Shown: positions 49,385 to 63,156 of the stretch, piece after piece
Layout of the letters: each line of letters opens with the position of its first letter
Position numbering within the stretch: the stretch's first letter is position 1
From: Eledone cirrhosa
Lineage: Eukaryota
Direction of reading: 5' to 3'
Length of the DNA stretch: 64,000 nt
NCBI GenBank assembly: GCA_964016885.1
Contig: OZ024753.1
Location: 9,920,001-9,984,000 of the forward strand
Notes under the pieces: generated by a model
Database searches by the model: none
The model's input: only the letters and a program-made list of their open reading frames with translations
What the model was told of the DNA's origin: nothing
Translations under genes and position numbers: made by a program

Positions 49385-51450
49385 AACACACACATCTCTC
49401 TCTTCCATACACTAACACACACACATCTCACTCTTCCATACACTAACACACACATCTCACTCTTCCATACACTAACACACACATCTCACTCTTCCATACA
49501 CTAACACACACATCTCACTCTTCCATACACTAACACACACATCTCTCTCTTCCATACACTAACACACACATCTCTCTCTCTTCCATACACTAACACACAC
49601 ATCTCACTCTTCCATACACTAACACACACATCTCACTCTTCCATACACTAACACACACATCTCACTCTTCCACACACTAACACACACACATCTCACTCTT
49701 CCATACACTAACACACATCTCAATCTTCCATACACTAACACACACATCTCACTCTTCCATTCACACACATCTCACTCTTCCATACACTAACACACACATC
49801 TCTCTCTCTTCCATACACTAACACACACATCTCTCTTCCATACACTAACACACACACACATCTCTCTCTTCCATACACTAACACACACATCTCACTCTTC
49901 CACACACTAACACACACATCTCACTCTTCCATACACTAACACACACATCTCACTCTTCCACACACTAACACACACATCTCACTCTTCCATACACTAACAC
50001 ACACATCTCACTCTTCCATACACTAACACACACATCTCACTCTTCCATACACTAACACACACATCTTTCTCTTCCATACACTAACACACACATCTCACTC
50101 TTCCATACACTAACACACACATCTCTCTCTTCCATACACTAACACACACATCTCACTCTTCCACACACTAACACACACATCTCACTCTTCCATACACTAA
50201 CACACACATCTCACTCTTCCACACACTAACACACACATCTCACTCTTCCATACACTAACACACACATCTCACTCTTCCACACACTAACACACACATCTCA
50301 CTCTTCCATACACTAACACACACACGTCACTCTTCCATACACTAACACACACATCTCACTCTTCCACACACTAACACACACATCTCACTCTTCCATACAC
50401 TAACACACACACATCACTCTTCCATACACTAACACACACATCTCAATCTTCCATACACACACATCTCACTCTTCCATACATTAACACATATCTCACTCTT
50501 CCATACACTAACACACACATCTCTCTCTCTCTCATACAAACACACACATGTCACTCTTCCATACACTAACACACACATCTCTCTCTTCCATACACTAACA
50601 CACACATCTCTCTCTCTTCCATACACTAACACACACATCTCTCTCTTCCATACACTAACACACATCTCTCTCTCTCTCATACAAACACACACATCTCACT
50701 CTTCCATACACTAACACACACATCTCTCTCTCTTCCATACACTAACACACACATCTCTCTCTTCCATACACTAACACACACATCTCACTCTTCCATACAC
50801 TAACACACACATCTCTCTCTCTTCCATTCACTAACACACACATCTCTCTCTCTTCCATACACTAACACACACATCTCTCTCTTCCATACACTAACACACA
50901 CATCTCACTCTTCCATACACTAACACACACATCTCACTCTTCCATACACTAACACACACATCTCACTCTTCCATACACTAACACACATATCTCACTCTTC
51001 CATTCACTAACACATACATCTCTCTCTCTTCCATACACTAACACACACATCTCACTCTTCCATACACTAACATACACATCTCACTCTTCCATACACTAAC
51101 ACACACATCTCTCTCTCTTCCATACACTAACATACACATCTCACTCTTCCATACACTAACACACATCTCTCTCTCTCTTATACAAACACATATCTCACTC
51201 TTCCATACACTAACACACATCTCTCTCTCTCTCATACAAACACACACATCTCACTCTTCCATACACTAACACACACATCTCACTCTTCCATATACTAACA
51301 CACACATCTCTCTCTCTCTCATACAAACACACACATCTCACTCTTCCATACACTAACACACATCTCTCTCTCTTCCATACACTAACACACATCTCTCTCT
51401 CTTCCATACACTAACACACATCTCTCTCTCTCTCATACAAACACACACAT
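49385..51450. repeat. Minisatellite of about 29 bp, about 2 kb long
   Basis: Unit CTCTTCCATACACTAACACACACATCTCA at 49431, 49460 and onward. Confidence 0.95.
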
Positions 51451-51560
51451 ATATTGTTCTTACCCCACTTTCCCAACCTTCAATACAATCCATCAGACAC
51501 ACTCTCACCTTTATACATGACACACACACACTAACAAAACATAATCAACTCAATACTTAC

Positions 51561-51644
51561 CTATAGGTTCTGAGAAATCCATATTAGCGGCACTATACTG
51601 TTGGTGGTTTTCAAACCATCCTATTTCTTCAGATGTAAACATTC
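51561..51644 (-). CDS. Candidate 84-nt exon (xGMFTSEEIGWFENHQQYSAANMDFSEPI), possibly part of the TGIF-like gene
   Basis: Strong acceptor TTTTGTTTTCTTCTTTTACCTCCAG| and donor G|GTAAGT. Open frame, phase 1 at both ends, non-repetitive sequence. Confidence 0.65.
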
Positions 51645-51904
51645 CTGGAGGTAAAAGAAGAAAACAAAAAAAAAAATTAAATAAGGCAAACTGATTTTCA
51701 AATATTAATCCTTTTGGTATCAACCCGATCAAAACCAGCTATTTTAAAGAGTTCCTACTTAACCCTTTAGCATTTAAACCGGCCGTATCTGGCCAGAATT
51801 CTCTCATCATAACCATCTGTTCAAACCAGCCATTACCATACGCTCATACTTATGTTAAGGTATTGTTCTCAAAATAAATAATATCAAAATCTCATAGATT
51901 TGAT

Positions 51905-52512
51905 ATTATGTGAGAAAATTATGTGAGGTAAAGCCTTTACCATGAAAATACAATAGTATATATAGAGTAATGTGAATGTTATGTGAGATATTATGTGAGG
52001 TAAAGACTTTACCATGAAAATACAATAGTATATATAGAGTAATGTGAATGTTATGTGAGATATTATGTGAGGTAAAGCCTTTACCATGAAAATACAATAG
52101 TAAATGTAGAGTAATGTAAATGTTATGTGAGATATTATGTGAGGTAAAGACTTTACCATGAAAATACAATAGTAAATATAGAGTAATGTAAATGTTATGT
52201 GAGATATTATGTGAGGTAAAGACTTTACCATGAAAATACAATAGTAAATGTAGAGTAATGTAAATGTTATGTGAGATATTATGTGAGGTAAAGACTTTAC
52301 CATGAAAATACAATAGTAAATGTAGAGTAATGTAAATGTTATGTGAGGTAAAGACTTTACCATGAAAATACAATAGTAAATGTAGAGTAATGTAAATGTT
52401 ATGTGAGGTAAAGACTTTACCATGAAAATACAATAGTAAATGTAGAGTAATGTAAATGTTATGTGAGGTAAAGACTTTACCATGAAAATACAATAGTAAA
52501 TGTAGAGTAATG
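51905..52512. repeat. Tandem amplification (72-bp then 60-bp units) of the internal 3' part of a piggyBac-like MITE
   Basis: TTATGTGAGGTAAAGACTTTACCATGAAAATACAATAG...GTAAATG is repeated about 9 times, following a MITE left end at 51759. Confidence 0.9.
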
Positions 52513-54271
52513 TTACTTTATTTCTCAACTCTTCTCTCCTTCCCTGAAGGATGAAAGGCAAAGTTGAGACCTTGGTTGGTTTTAAACTCAGAACATAAAG
52601 AGATGTAACTACTGTATATCTTTAAATATAAGCTGACTGCCCCTCTCTCCTATTTTATGTGAGAGGGGTTAGGAAGGGCATCCAGCTGTAAAAAACCAGC
52701 CAGAAACAGTCCTATATGAGTGAGACACGGTCACTCGACCCAACTTGCCTCTAATGGGACAAACCTATCTAACCGAATCTAGCGTGGAAAATAGACGTTA
52801 AACGACGACGGTGATGATTGGGGAGGATTGGGCAAAAATCCAAATCCTATTTATAAGGAGAGGCTGCTAATCAAAACAGTGTAGATGGGATATATAAGCT
52901 GATCCCCCCCACCATTCTACCATCAATTCTTTGATCACACATTCCTCGGTTTATATTCAAATATACACGGTAAATACCAAAAGATATTTTTGTCTGATGG
53001 TGACAGCAATAGTTTGGAGTTTGTTATAAAAGGTATATTCTAACAAATATCTGTGACAACCTACCGTAGTTTAGCAAAGAATTTCTTCATCAATTCGCCA
53101 CTTATAAGTATCTACACCTTAACCCGTGTTTGCCATTTTGTCTGGAGGTGGGCACAGCTGAAACACTGCTCTGATCAAGGCCTAGAGTCTGTCACCCTCT
53201 CCCCTTCCCCCTTTCTTTCTTCCTGTCGTCCAATAATCTTTGCTCTTTTCCTCTTTTTCCTCTCATTTATAGTCCTTTCCAATAGTGCTTTCTTTTTCTG
53301 TATGTATGACCAAATAATAAAATGTTTGTACTTATATATATATATATCTGTTATTATCAGCTGCATCTACCCTCGTCACCACCCAGCTGCTTTAAATACT
53401 TATATATCTGTTGCCATCAACTGTATTTACCTACCACCACCACCCAGCCACTTTAAATGCTATTACACTGCCAGGCATCAATCATCCTCACTATGACACA
53501 CGTACAGTATACCTTACACTGCACCAATATTTCTGACTAAGCAACCTGGTTCAACTGAATATCACAGCATTGCATTCCTTAACTCATAACATCCTAACAT
53601 CAGTACCTAGACTAGACTGGACTGACCGACCAAACCACATTATACCTGTCACTCAATCTACTCCATTTGCTATATTTTCTACCAGACCTTGTTCAAGCAC
53701 ACCCCACAAACCGGCGTTAAAACACAATGGTTCAATGTTGCTTGTTATAAACATCCTGGAACTAACTACATCAGCACCTAAGCACCTGTTATTGACATGT
53801 AACAAAAACAGGTGCCAATCCTAAAGTCCCCCCCCCCCCTTCCACCACCACCACCACCACTCGAAAATTATCTGCTCATCCTCACCATGTATTAAACCTT
53901 TACCATTTACATTACTCTATATATACTATTATATTTTCGGGGTCGATAAAATAAAGTACCAGTAACATACTGGGTAATTGCTGGCCTTGTGCCAAAAGTA
54001 GAAACAATTATATTTTCATGGTAAAGGCTTTTACCTCACATAATATCGAATCTATGAGATTTTGATATTTATTTTGAGAACAATACCTTAACATCAGTAT
54101 AAGTGGTCGTTTACAGCTGGTTTGAACGGAAAGAGATGAGAGAATTCTAGCTGGACAGGGCCAGTTTAAATGCTAAAGGGTTAAAACATGTGGTTGTTGG
54201 TGCTATATTTTCAAAATTATTCCAGATATAACCACCATGTTTATTCCTATGCAACCATAGTGTATCTAGAA

Positions 54272-54587
54272 AAGTGATTCTCAATGTGGGGCGCACTCCC
54301 CACAGGGAGCAATTTGGATATTCAAGAGGGCAATTTGAAAATGATGCTAATGAGAGAAAACTTCAGGTTTTACCTTATTACTTTTACACCAACGCAAATT
54401 TGGAACAAATTATGGTCGGAAACCCCTATCTCACCTCCTCCACACGTTATTGTGCATCTGGCCTCACTCATATGACAATTTGTTTAAATTTTGAAGTTGA
54501 TCATCGCTGTTTTTATATCAAAGTGGGGCATAAAAATGTTTGAGATGTTGATGTGGGGCATGGTGCATAAAAGGTTGGGAACCGCTG
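54272..54587. mobile_element. hAT (Charlie-like) MITE with an 8-bp target site duplication
   Basis: TSD ATCTAGAA at 54264-54271 and 54588-54595 (NTCTAGAN-type target). Imperfect TIRs AAGTGATTCTCAA / TTGGGAACCGCTG. Confidence 0.8.
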
Positions 54588-55972
54588 ATCTAGAACTACC
54601 TTCTCTGGTGTGTCCTTCTCATATTAATCCTTTTGATACCAAACCACCCCAAAACTGCCCCTGGTTCTATGAAACAAAACCTCCTATTTTAAAGTGTTCC
54701 TATTTAACCCTTTAGCATTTACATTACTCTAGATTTAATATACAACTTTATATATACATAGATTGTGTTTTCATGGTAAACATTTTAACTTACATAATTA
54801 TCTCACATAATACTGAATCTATAAGATTTTGATATTATTTATTTTGAGAACGATACCTTCACATAAGTATGAGTGGCCAGTTACAGCCGGTTTGAACAGA
54901 AAGAGGTGAGAGAATTCTGGCAGGATACGACCGGTTTAAATGCTCAAAGGTTAAATTAATATCTTACAATATATAAAAAAAAAAAAACATAGAAAAACAT
55001 AGTAACAAAAGTTTTAAGACTAGGGTATGATACAAAGGAGATTTTGCTGCTATTTCTAGCAAGCAGAGCACTCTCATTAGCTCTATTCCATCCATTTCGT
55101 CACTGTAATAGTGCTGCTATACTATAAATGTCATTCTTTCACAACCTCATTCATAGTTTATAAACTATCAAAGTATTTCTCTTCAGTACCTCGGGTTGCC
55201 AGCTTCTGCTGCATGGAAGTAAAACATGGCTACTTTACAACAGCAGTTACCAACCAGTGGTCTGCAAGAAAAATTATTTATCTTTTTAAAAAAAATTCAT
55301 ATTAGTGGTCCGTGGGATTTAAAATTATGAATTTAGTGGTCCATGAGGTCCGAAAGGTTGGGGGGGTTGTATAGCTGTTATAGTTGCCTATAGTCCCTGA
55401 CAGTGTTACTTAACCCTTTAGTGTTCAAACCGGCCAAAACCGGCCAGAATTCTCTACCTCTTTCTGTTGAAACTGGCTGTAACTGGTCGCTCAAACTTAT
55501 GTTAAGGTATTGTTCTCAAAATAAATACTTTCAAAATCTCATAGATTCGATATTATGTGAGGTAAAGCCTTTACCATGAAAATATAATAGTATATATAGA
55601 GTAATGTGAATACTAAAGGGTTAAGTGAAAATCGAGGGTTAACCCTTTTGCATTTAAAGCGGCCATATCCGGCCAGAATTCTCTCACCTCTTTCTGTTTA
55701 AACCAGTTATAACCAGCCGCTCATACTGACGTTGAGGTATTGTTCTCAAAATAAATAATATAAAAATCTCATAAACTTGATATTATGTGAGATACAGCCT
55801 TTTCTGTGAAAATACAATAGTATATATAGAGTAATGTAAATGCTAAAGGGTTAAGCTAGATGCGAACTATAGGGAGCTGGAAGGAAGACATGATAGTTGG
55901 AATAAATAATCAAGATAAAACTTTTTAAAACGGTAAATGGTTTATGTTTTATTGTATATATATATATACACA

Positions 55973-56019
55973 CACCTTCTGATGAAGACCCAACTAGGTC
56001 TGAAAATCAATGAAAGGTG
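55973..56019 (+). ncRNA. Hammerhead-like motif with a non-canonical cleavage site
   Basis: CACCTT-CTGATGA-AGACC CAACTA GGTCT-GAAA-ATCAATGA-AAGGTG. Stems I and II are perfect, but the NUH triplet is not intact. Confidence 0.6.
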
Positions 56020-56305
56020 GTTATGGTTTCTTCAATTTAAAAGGAAATCCTTATTGCTGGCATGTTTACATACACATTGGCACAGTCTCAGCCACCCACT
56101 CTGTATATATATACACACATATACTTTATACACACACATGCATATATATATATATATATATATATGAGGAGTGTAAAATCGTGGAACATATTTACAACTC
56201 TGTGAATATGCTGTGGTTTCCACGAACAAGTATTAGTTAGGTTCTAAAGAAAATTCCACGAACAACTGAAACTGCAAATGCCAGGGGTACACTGTATATA
56301 TATAT

Positions 56306-56369
56306 ATTATTCGTTCTGACGACTGAAGACAAATATCTGTCTTCAAGAAACCACTGGTAATGAAATAAT
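56306..56369 (+). ncRNA. Type I hammerhead motif at the 5' end of a (TA)n-flanked remnant (to about 56462), same family as the 8536-8987 palindrome
   Basis: ATTATTCGTT-CTGACGA-CTGAAGACA AATATC TGTCTTCAA-GAAA-CCACTGG-TA-ATGAAATAAT. The downstream 100 bp match 8765-8880. Confidence 0.75.
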
Positions 56370-56713
56370 TATCTTATGTTGTTTATTACATAACTAAAAA
56401 GCTCTGTAGCCTACATAGAGCACTCTCTTTTCCTTTACCTTTCCTATGGAAATACTTCATTTATATTTATATATTAAAACACACAAACACAATATATTAA
56501 TTAGTTAGTGGGGACAATTAACACTTCTCACAAAGACTGATTAAAAAAAAAGAAGTCATTATTAAAAGGTGGATTGGCAGAATCGGAAGAGCATCGGACA
56601 ACATGCTTAACAGCATAGTGTTACGGCCTTTTACGTTCTGAGTTTAAACCCCGCCATGGTTAGCTTTGCCTTCCATCCTTATAGGGATCATGGATCTTGC
56701 AGATCACCTCATT

Positions 56714-59700
56714 GAACTCAATGCCACCATCTGAGGCTGTGCTAAACTCAATGCCGCCATCTGAGGCTATGCTAAACTCAATCTGCAGAACTCAATGCCA
56801 CCATCTGAGGCTGTGCTAAACTCAATCTGCAGAACTCAATGCCACCATCTGAGGCTGTGCTAAACTCAATGCCACCATCTGAGGCTGTGCTAAACTCAAT
56901 GCCACCATCTGAGGCTGTGCTAAACTCAATGCCACCATCTGAGGCTGTGCTAAACTCAATGCCACCATCTGAGGCTGTGCTAAACTCAATGCCACCATCT
57001 GAGGCTATGCTAAACTCAATGCCACCATCTGAGGCTATGCTAAACTCAATGCCACCATCTGAGGCTATGCTAAACTCAATGCCACCATCTGAGGCTATGC
57101 TAAACTCAATGCCACCATCAGAGGCTGTGCTAAACTCAATGCCACCATCTGAGGCTATGCTAAACTCAATGCCACCATCTGAGGCTATGCTAAACTCAAT
57201 GCCACCATCTGAGGCTATGCTAAACTCAATGCCACCATCTGAGGCTATGCTAAACTCAATGCCACCATCAGAGGCTGTGCTAAACTCAATGCCACCATCT
57301 GAGGCTATGCTAAACTCAATGCCACCATCTGAGGCTGTGCTAAACTCAATGCCACCATCTGAGGCTATGCTAAACTCAATGCCACCATCTGAGGCTATGC
57401 TAAACTCAATGCCACCATCTGAGGCTATGCTAAACTCAATGCCACCATCTGAGGCTATGCTAAACTCAATGCCACCATCTGAGGCTGTGCTAAACTCAAT
57501 GCCGCCATCTGAGGCTGTGCTAAACTCAATGCCACCATCTGAGGCTGTGCTAAACTCAATGCCACCATCAGAGGCTGTGCTAAACTCAATGCCACCATCT
57601 GAGGCTATGCTAAACTCAATGCCACCATCTGAGGCTATGCTAAACTCAATGCCACCATCTGAGGCTATGCTAAACTCAATGCCACCATCTGAGGCTATGC
57701 TAAACTCAATGCCACCATCTGAGGCTATGCTAAACTCAATGCCACCATCTGAGGCTATGCTAAACTCAATGCCACCATCTGAGGCTATGCTAAACTCAAT
57801 GCCACCATCTGAGGCTATGCTAAACTCAATGCCACCATCTGAGGCTATGCTAAACTCAATGCCACCATCAGAGGCTGTGCTAAACTCAATGCCACCATCT
57901 GAGGCTATGCTAAACTCAATGCCACCATCTGAGGCTATGCTAAACTCAATGCCACCATCTGAGGCTATGCTAAACTCAATGCCACCATCTGAGGCTATGC
58001 TAAACTCAATGCCACCATCTGAGGCTATGCTAAACTCAATGCCACCATCAGAGGCTGTGCTAAACTCAATGCCACCATCTGAGGCTATGCTAAACTCAAT
58101 GCCACCATCTGAGGCTGTGCTAAACTCAATGCCACCATCTGAGGCTATGCTAAACTCAATGCCACCATCTGAGGCTATGCTAAACTCAATGCCACCATCT
58201 GAGGCTATGCTAAACTCAATGCCACCATCTGAGGCTATGCTAAACTCAATGCCACCATCTGAGGCTGTGCTAAACTCAATGCCGCCATCTGAGGCTGTGC
58301 TAAACTCAATGCCACCATCTGAGGCTGTGCTAAACTCAATGCCACCATCAGAGGCTGTGCTAAACTCAATGCCACCATCAGAGGCTATGCTAAACTCAAT
58401 GCCACCATCTGAGGCTATGCTAAACTCAATGCCACCATCTGAGGCTGTGCTAAACTCAATGCCACCATCTGAGGCTATGCTAAACTCAATGCCACCATCT
58501 GAGGCTATGCTAAACTCAATGCCACCATCTGAGGCTATGCTAAACTCAATGCCACCATCTGAGGCTGTGCTAAACTCAATGCCACCATCAGAGGCTGTGC
58601 TAAACTCAATGCCACCATCAGAGGCTATGCTAAACTCAATGCCACCATCTGAGGCTATGCTAAACTCAATGCCACCATCTGAGGCTGTGCTAAACTCAAT
58701 GCCACCATCTGAGGCTGTGCTAAACTCAATGCCACCATCTGAGGCTATGCTAAACTCAATGCCACCATCAGAGGCTATGCTAAACTCAATGCCACCATCT
58801 GAGGCTGTGCTAAACTCAATGCCACCATCTGAGGTTGTGCTAAACTCAATGCCACCATCTGAGGCTGTGCTAAACTCAATGCCACCATCTGAGGCTATGC
58901 TAAACTCAATGCCACCATCTGAGGCTATGCTAAACTCAATGCCACCATCTGAGGCTATGCTAAACTCAATGCCACCATCTGAGGCTGTGCTAAACTCAAT
59001 GCCACCATCTGAGGCTGTGCTAAACTCAATGCCACCATCTGAGGCTGTGCTAAACTCAATGCCACCATCAGAGGCTGTGCTAAACTCAATGCCACCATCT
59101 GAGGCTGTGCTAAACTCAATGCCACCATCTGAGGCTGTGCTAAACTCAATGCCACCATCTGAGGCTGTGCTAAACTCAATGCCACCATCTGAGGCTATGC
59201 TAAACTCAATGCCACCATCTGAGGCTATGCTAAACTCAATGCCACCATCTGAGGCTATGCTAAACTCAATGCCACCATCTGAGGCTATGCTAAACTCAAT
59301 GCCACCATCTGAGGCTGTGCTAAACTCAATGCCACCATCTGAGGCTATGCTAAACTCAATGCCACCATCTGAGGCTATGCTAAACTCAATGCCACCATCT
59401 GAGGCTATGCTAAACTCAATGCCACCATCTGAGGCTGTGCTAAACTCAATGCCACCATCTGAGGCTATGCTAAACTCAATGCCACCATCTGAGGCTGTGC
59501 TAAACTCAATGCCACCATCTGAGGCTATGCTAAACTCAATGCCACCATCTGAGGCTGTGCTAAACTCAATGCCACCATCTGAGGCTATGCTAAACTCAAT
59601 GCCACCATCTGAGGCTGTGCTAAACTCAATGCCACCATCTGAGGCTATGCTAAACTCAATGCCACCATCTGAGGCTGTGCTAAACTCAATGCCACCATCT

Positions 59701-60260
59701 GAGGCTATGCTAAACTCAATGCCACCATCTGAGGCTGTGCTAAACTCAATGCCACCATCTGAGGCTATGCTAAACTCAATGCCACCATCTGAGGCTGTGC
59801 TAAACTCAATGCCACCATCTGAGGCTGTGCTAAACTCAATGCCACCATCTGAGGCTGTGCTAAACTCAATGCCACCATCTAAGGCTGTGCTAAACTCAAT
59901 GCCACCATCTGAGGCTGTGCTAAACTCAATGCCACCATCTAAGGCTGTGCTAAACTCAATGCCACCATCTAAGGCTGTGCTAAACTCAATGCCACCATCT
60001 GAGGCTGTGCTAAACTCAATGCCACCATCTAAGGCTATGCTAAACTCAATGCCACCATCTGAGGCTATGCTAAACTCAATGCCACCATCTGAGGCTGTGC
60101 TAAACTCAATGCCACCATCTAAGGCTGTGCTAAACTCAATGCCACCATCTGAGGCTGTGCTAAACTCAATGCCACCATCTAAGGCTGTGCTAAACTCAAT
60201 GCCACCATCTAAGGCTGTGCTAAACTCAATGCCACCACCTGAGGCTGTGCTAAACTCAAT
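56714..60260. repeat. 30-bp satellite, about 118 highly homogeneous copies
   Basis: Unit GCCACCATCTGAGGCTRTGCTAAACTCAAT, head-to-tail with no spacers. Confidence 0.97.
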
Positions 60261-60519
60261 CTGCAATATTCTGACTGCACCAACTGGCAACAAGCAAAGC
60301 CCCACCCTTACAGTTGTTGTTGTATATGTCATACAGTGTAGTTACTGTTGTCGAACCCACTCTGAAAGTTGGTTTTTAATTCTACTTTTTCTAAGTTATT
60401 TTCTCTACTGCCCCAAGGCTGGGCTGGTGTCATTGTCAACTTTGATATATTTATCTGGTGTCTCTTTTGAAGATGTAGCCCTGTTCTCTTAATTCAGACA
60501 CACCCCTCTATTACATACA

Positions 60520-61460
60520 CACTCTCACATACATACACTCATGGTATAGATATATATATTGGTGCACACATACACACATACACACATACACTCACATATA
60601 TAAACTGGTAAGGTAACACATACATACACTCATGGTATATATATATATATTGGTGCACACATACACACATACACACATATATATAAACTGGTAAGGTAAC
60701 ACATACATAGACTCACGGTATAGATATATATATTGGTGCACACATACACACACACACTCTCACATATATAAACTGGTAAGGTAACACATACATAGACTCA
60801 TGGTAGATATATATATATTGGTGCACACATACACACATACACACATACACTCACATATATAAACTGGTAAGGTAACACATACATAGACTCATGGTATAGA
60901 TATATATATATATATTGGTGCACACATACACACATACACTCACATATATATAAACTGGTAAGGTAACACATACATACACTCACACATACACACACTGTCA
61001 CATATATAAACTGGTAGGGTAACACATACATAGACTCATGGTATAGATATAGTGGTGCACACATACACACACACACTCACACTCACATATATAAACTGGT
61101 AAGGTAACACATACATAGACTCATGGTATATATATATATATATATTGGTGCACACATACACACACACACTCACATATATAAACTGGTAAGGTAACACATA
61201 CATACACTCACGGTATATATATATATATATTGGTGCACACATACACACACACACTCACATATATAAACTGGTAAGGTAACACATACATAGACTCATGGTA
61301 TATATATATATATATATTGGTGCACACATACACATACACTCACATATATAAACTGGTAAGGTAACACATACATACACTCACGGTAGATATATATATATTG
61401 ATACACACATACACACCCACATATATACACTAGGAAAGTAATATATACACTCATGGTATA
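60520..61460. repeat. Minisatellite of about 85-90 bp with embedded (CA)/(TA) runs
   Basis: TAAACTGGTAAGGTAACACATACA...ATTGGTGCACAC recurs about 10 times. Confidence 0.9.
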
Positions 61461-61620
61461 GAAATATATATCATCATCATCATCACCATTTTACGTCACT
61501 ACAACGATATATACAAACAGGTAGAAAGACAATATATATATATATAATTCGTATAATAGCTTCACTTGAAGTACTTCCCTGTGATCATTTAGATTTTTGA
61601 AAATGTTGATGCATCTCAGA

Positions 61621-61681
61621 AGGGAAGGTTAATAATCCTGATGAGCTGTAAAGACACGTGAAACCACCGATCATCGTCCCT
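61621..61681 (+). ncRNA. Degenerate hammerhead-like motif
   Basis: CTGATGA (61638)-GCTGT AAAG ACACGT-GAAA-CCACCGA-TC. Stem I pairs only distally (AGGGA/TCCCT). Confidence 0.35.
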
Positions 61682-62436
61682 AGTTGCTGAAAAAAGTACC
61701 CTACTCCTTATATTTATTTATTTAAAGATCTTAGGATATGTGGTTAGAATGTCTATGGAAAGAATTACTGGACAGAACAGATTTTAGCTGTAAAGCCAAC
61801 CGGTTGGAGATCCATTGGGACCATTTGGAGACGATAGCTTTCGATAGGACTTTCAGGGAGGCGTGTCTGTGGACTTTGCTCTCACAACCCTCGCAGGAAT
61901 AAGTAGGCGCAGGCATAGAAATTAGTCTGTGTGTGTAGAATTTAGACCGTTTGCTTAGTGGTTTGGCAAAGAGAGATCGATAAAATAAATATCAGATTTA
62001 AACAAAAGAAAAAAAAAAAGTATCGATAGATCGATACGATCAACTATGAAAAAAATCCCTTCAAGGTGGTGCCTCAATATGAATGAAACCAGTCAAAGAA
62101 TAAAAAAAATTTAAATTTCTCTTCGGTAAATATTTGATACGTATATATTTTAACAAATGAAATTAAGAGGAACGCATTCACCGTTTACACCGGCAGTAAA
62201 ACTAATTTTTGTTACTATTGTCATCAGAAATTAATGACTTCGTTTGTTTCCATGACTATAGGCAAATGTGTTTCTGTTGTAAGATTAGCTATGCAGATTA
62301 AGAATAAGAATATCTCAAATATCTCTTCTTTAGTACTATACAGTTTAAAAACAAATACTTGAAAGTGGTCACTGTACCTGTTAGAAATGGCAACCAAATG
62401 TTACTATCACACTCTCCTAACCGATATATATATATA

Positions 62437-62700
62437 TAAGTATTAATAAAATAGATGTTCTTTTGATCAATTACATTTTATTATACATATTTCGGATGTA
62501 CAACAGTACGTCCTCATCAGACAAAATATAATGATACATGACATACTCTGAGATGTTAAATGGTTAATCTTAACCATTTAACATCTCAGGGTATGTCATG
62601 TATCATTATATTTTGTCTGATGAGGACGTACTGTTGTACATCCGAAATATGTATAATAAAATGTAATTGATCAAAAGAACATCTATTTTATTAATACTTA
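62437..62700. repeat. 264-bp near-perfect palindrome centred at 62568/62569, carrying one hammerhead on each strand. The element continues to about 62810
   Basis: The arms mirror about GGTTAA-TC-TTAACC. Confidence 0.95.
62605..62667 (+). ncRNA. Minimal type I hammerhead ribozyme (mirror copy on the minus strand at 62470-62532)
   Basis: ATTATATTTTGT-CTGATGA-GGACGTAC TGTT GTACATCC-GAAA-TATGTA-TA-ATAAAATGTAAT. Same family as 23545-23611. Confidence 0.85.
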
Positions 62701-62980
62701 TATTTTAATATTAATAACTCCAGAAAATTATTTACCGTTGAGTGCTTCCAATCTACTGTAAAACTCATTCTTTGACATAATCATTGAATATTGTTTAACA
62801 ATTTAAAAAATATATATATATATATACATTTATATATATCGACAAGATCCCAGACCTAATTCGCTTAACGAGTGAGGTGGAGCTCGTCAAACAGGACCGA
62901 GGAAACAAAGTTTCCATTGGTCTTTCCAATTGCTCATACTATCTGTCATACGTAAATCCAGGCAGAAATATATGTATCTT

Positions 62981-63059
<79 letters not shown>

Positions 63060-63066
63060 ATATATA

Positions 63067-63156
<90 letters not shown>

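Noticed and set aside
53053-54715. Short ORFs of 60-150 aa
   Set aside because: No recognisable domains or clear splice signals. Some overlap the hAT MITE.
56778-60492. ORFs of about 1200 aa with 10-aa repeats, and the possibility of a CRISPR array
   Set aside because: This is a head-to-tail 30-bp satellite open on both strands. It has no unique spacers or cas genes, and the context is eukaryotic.
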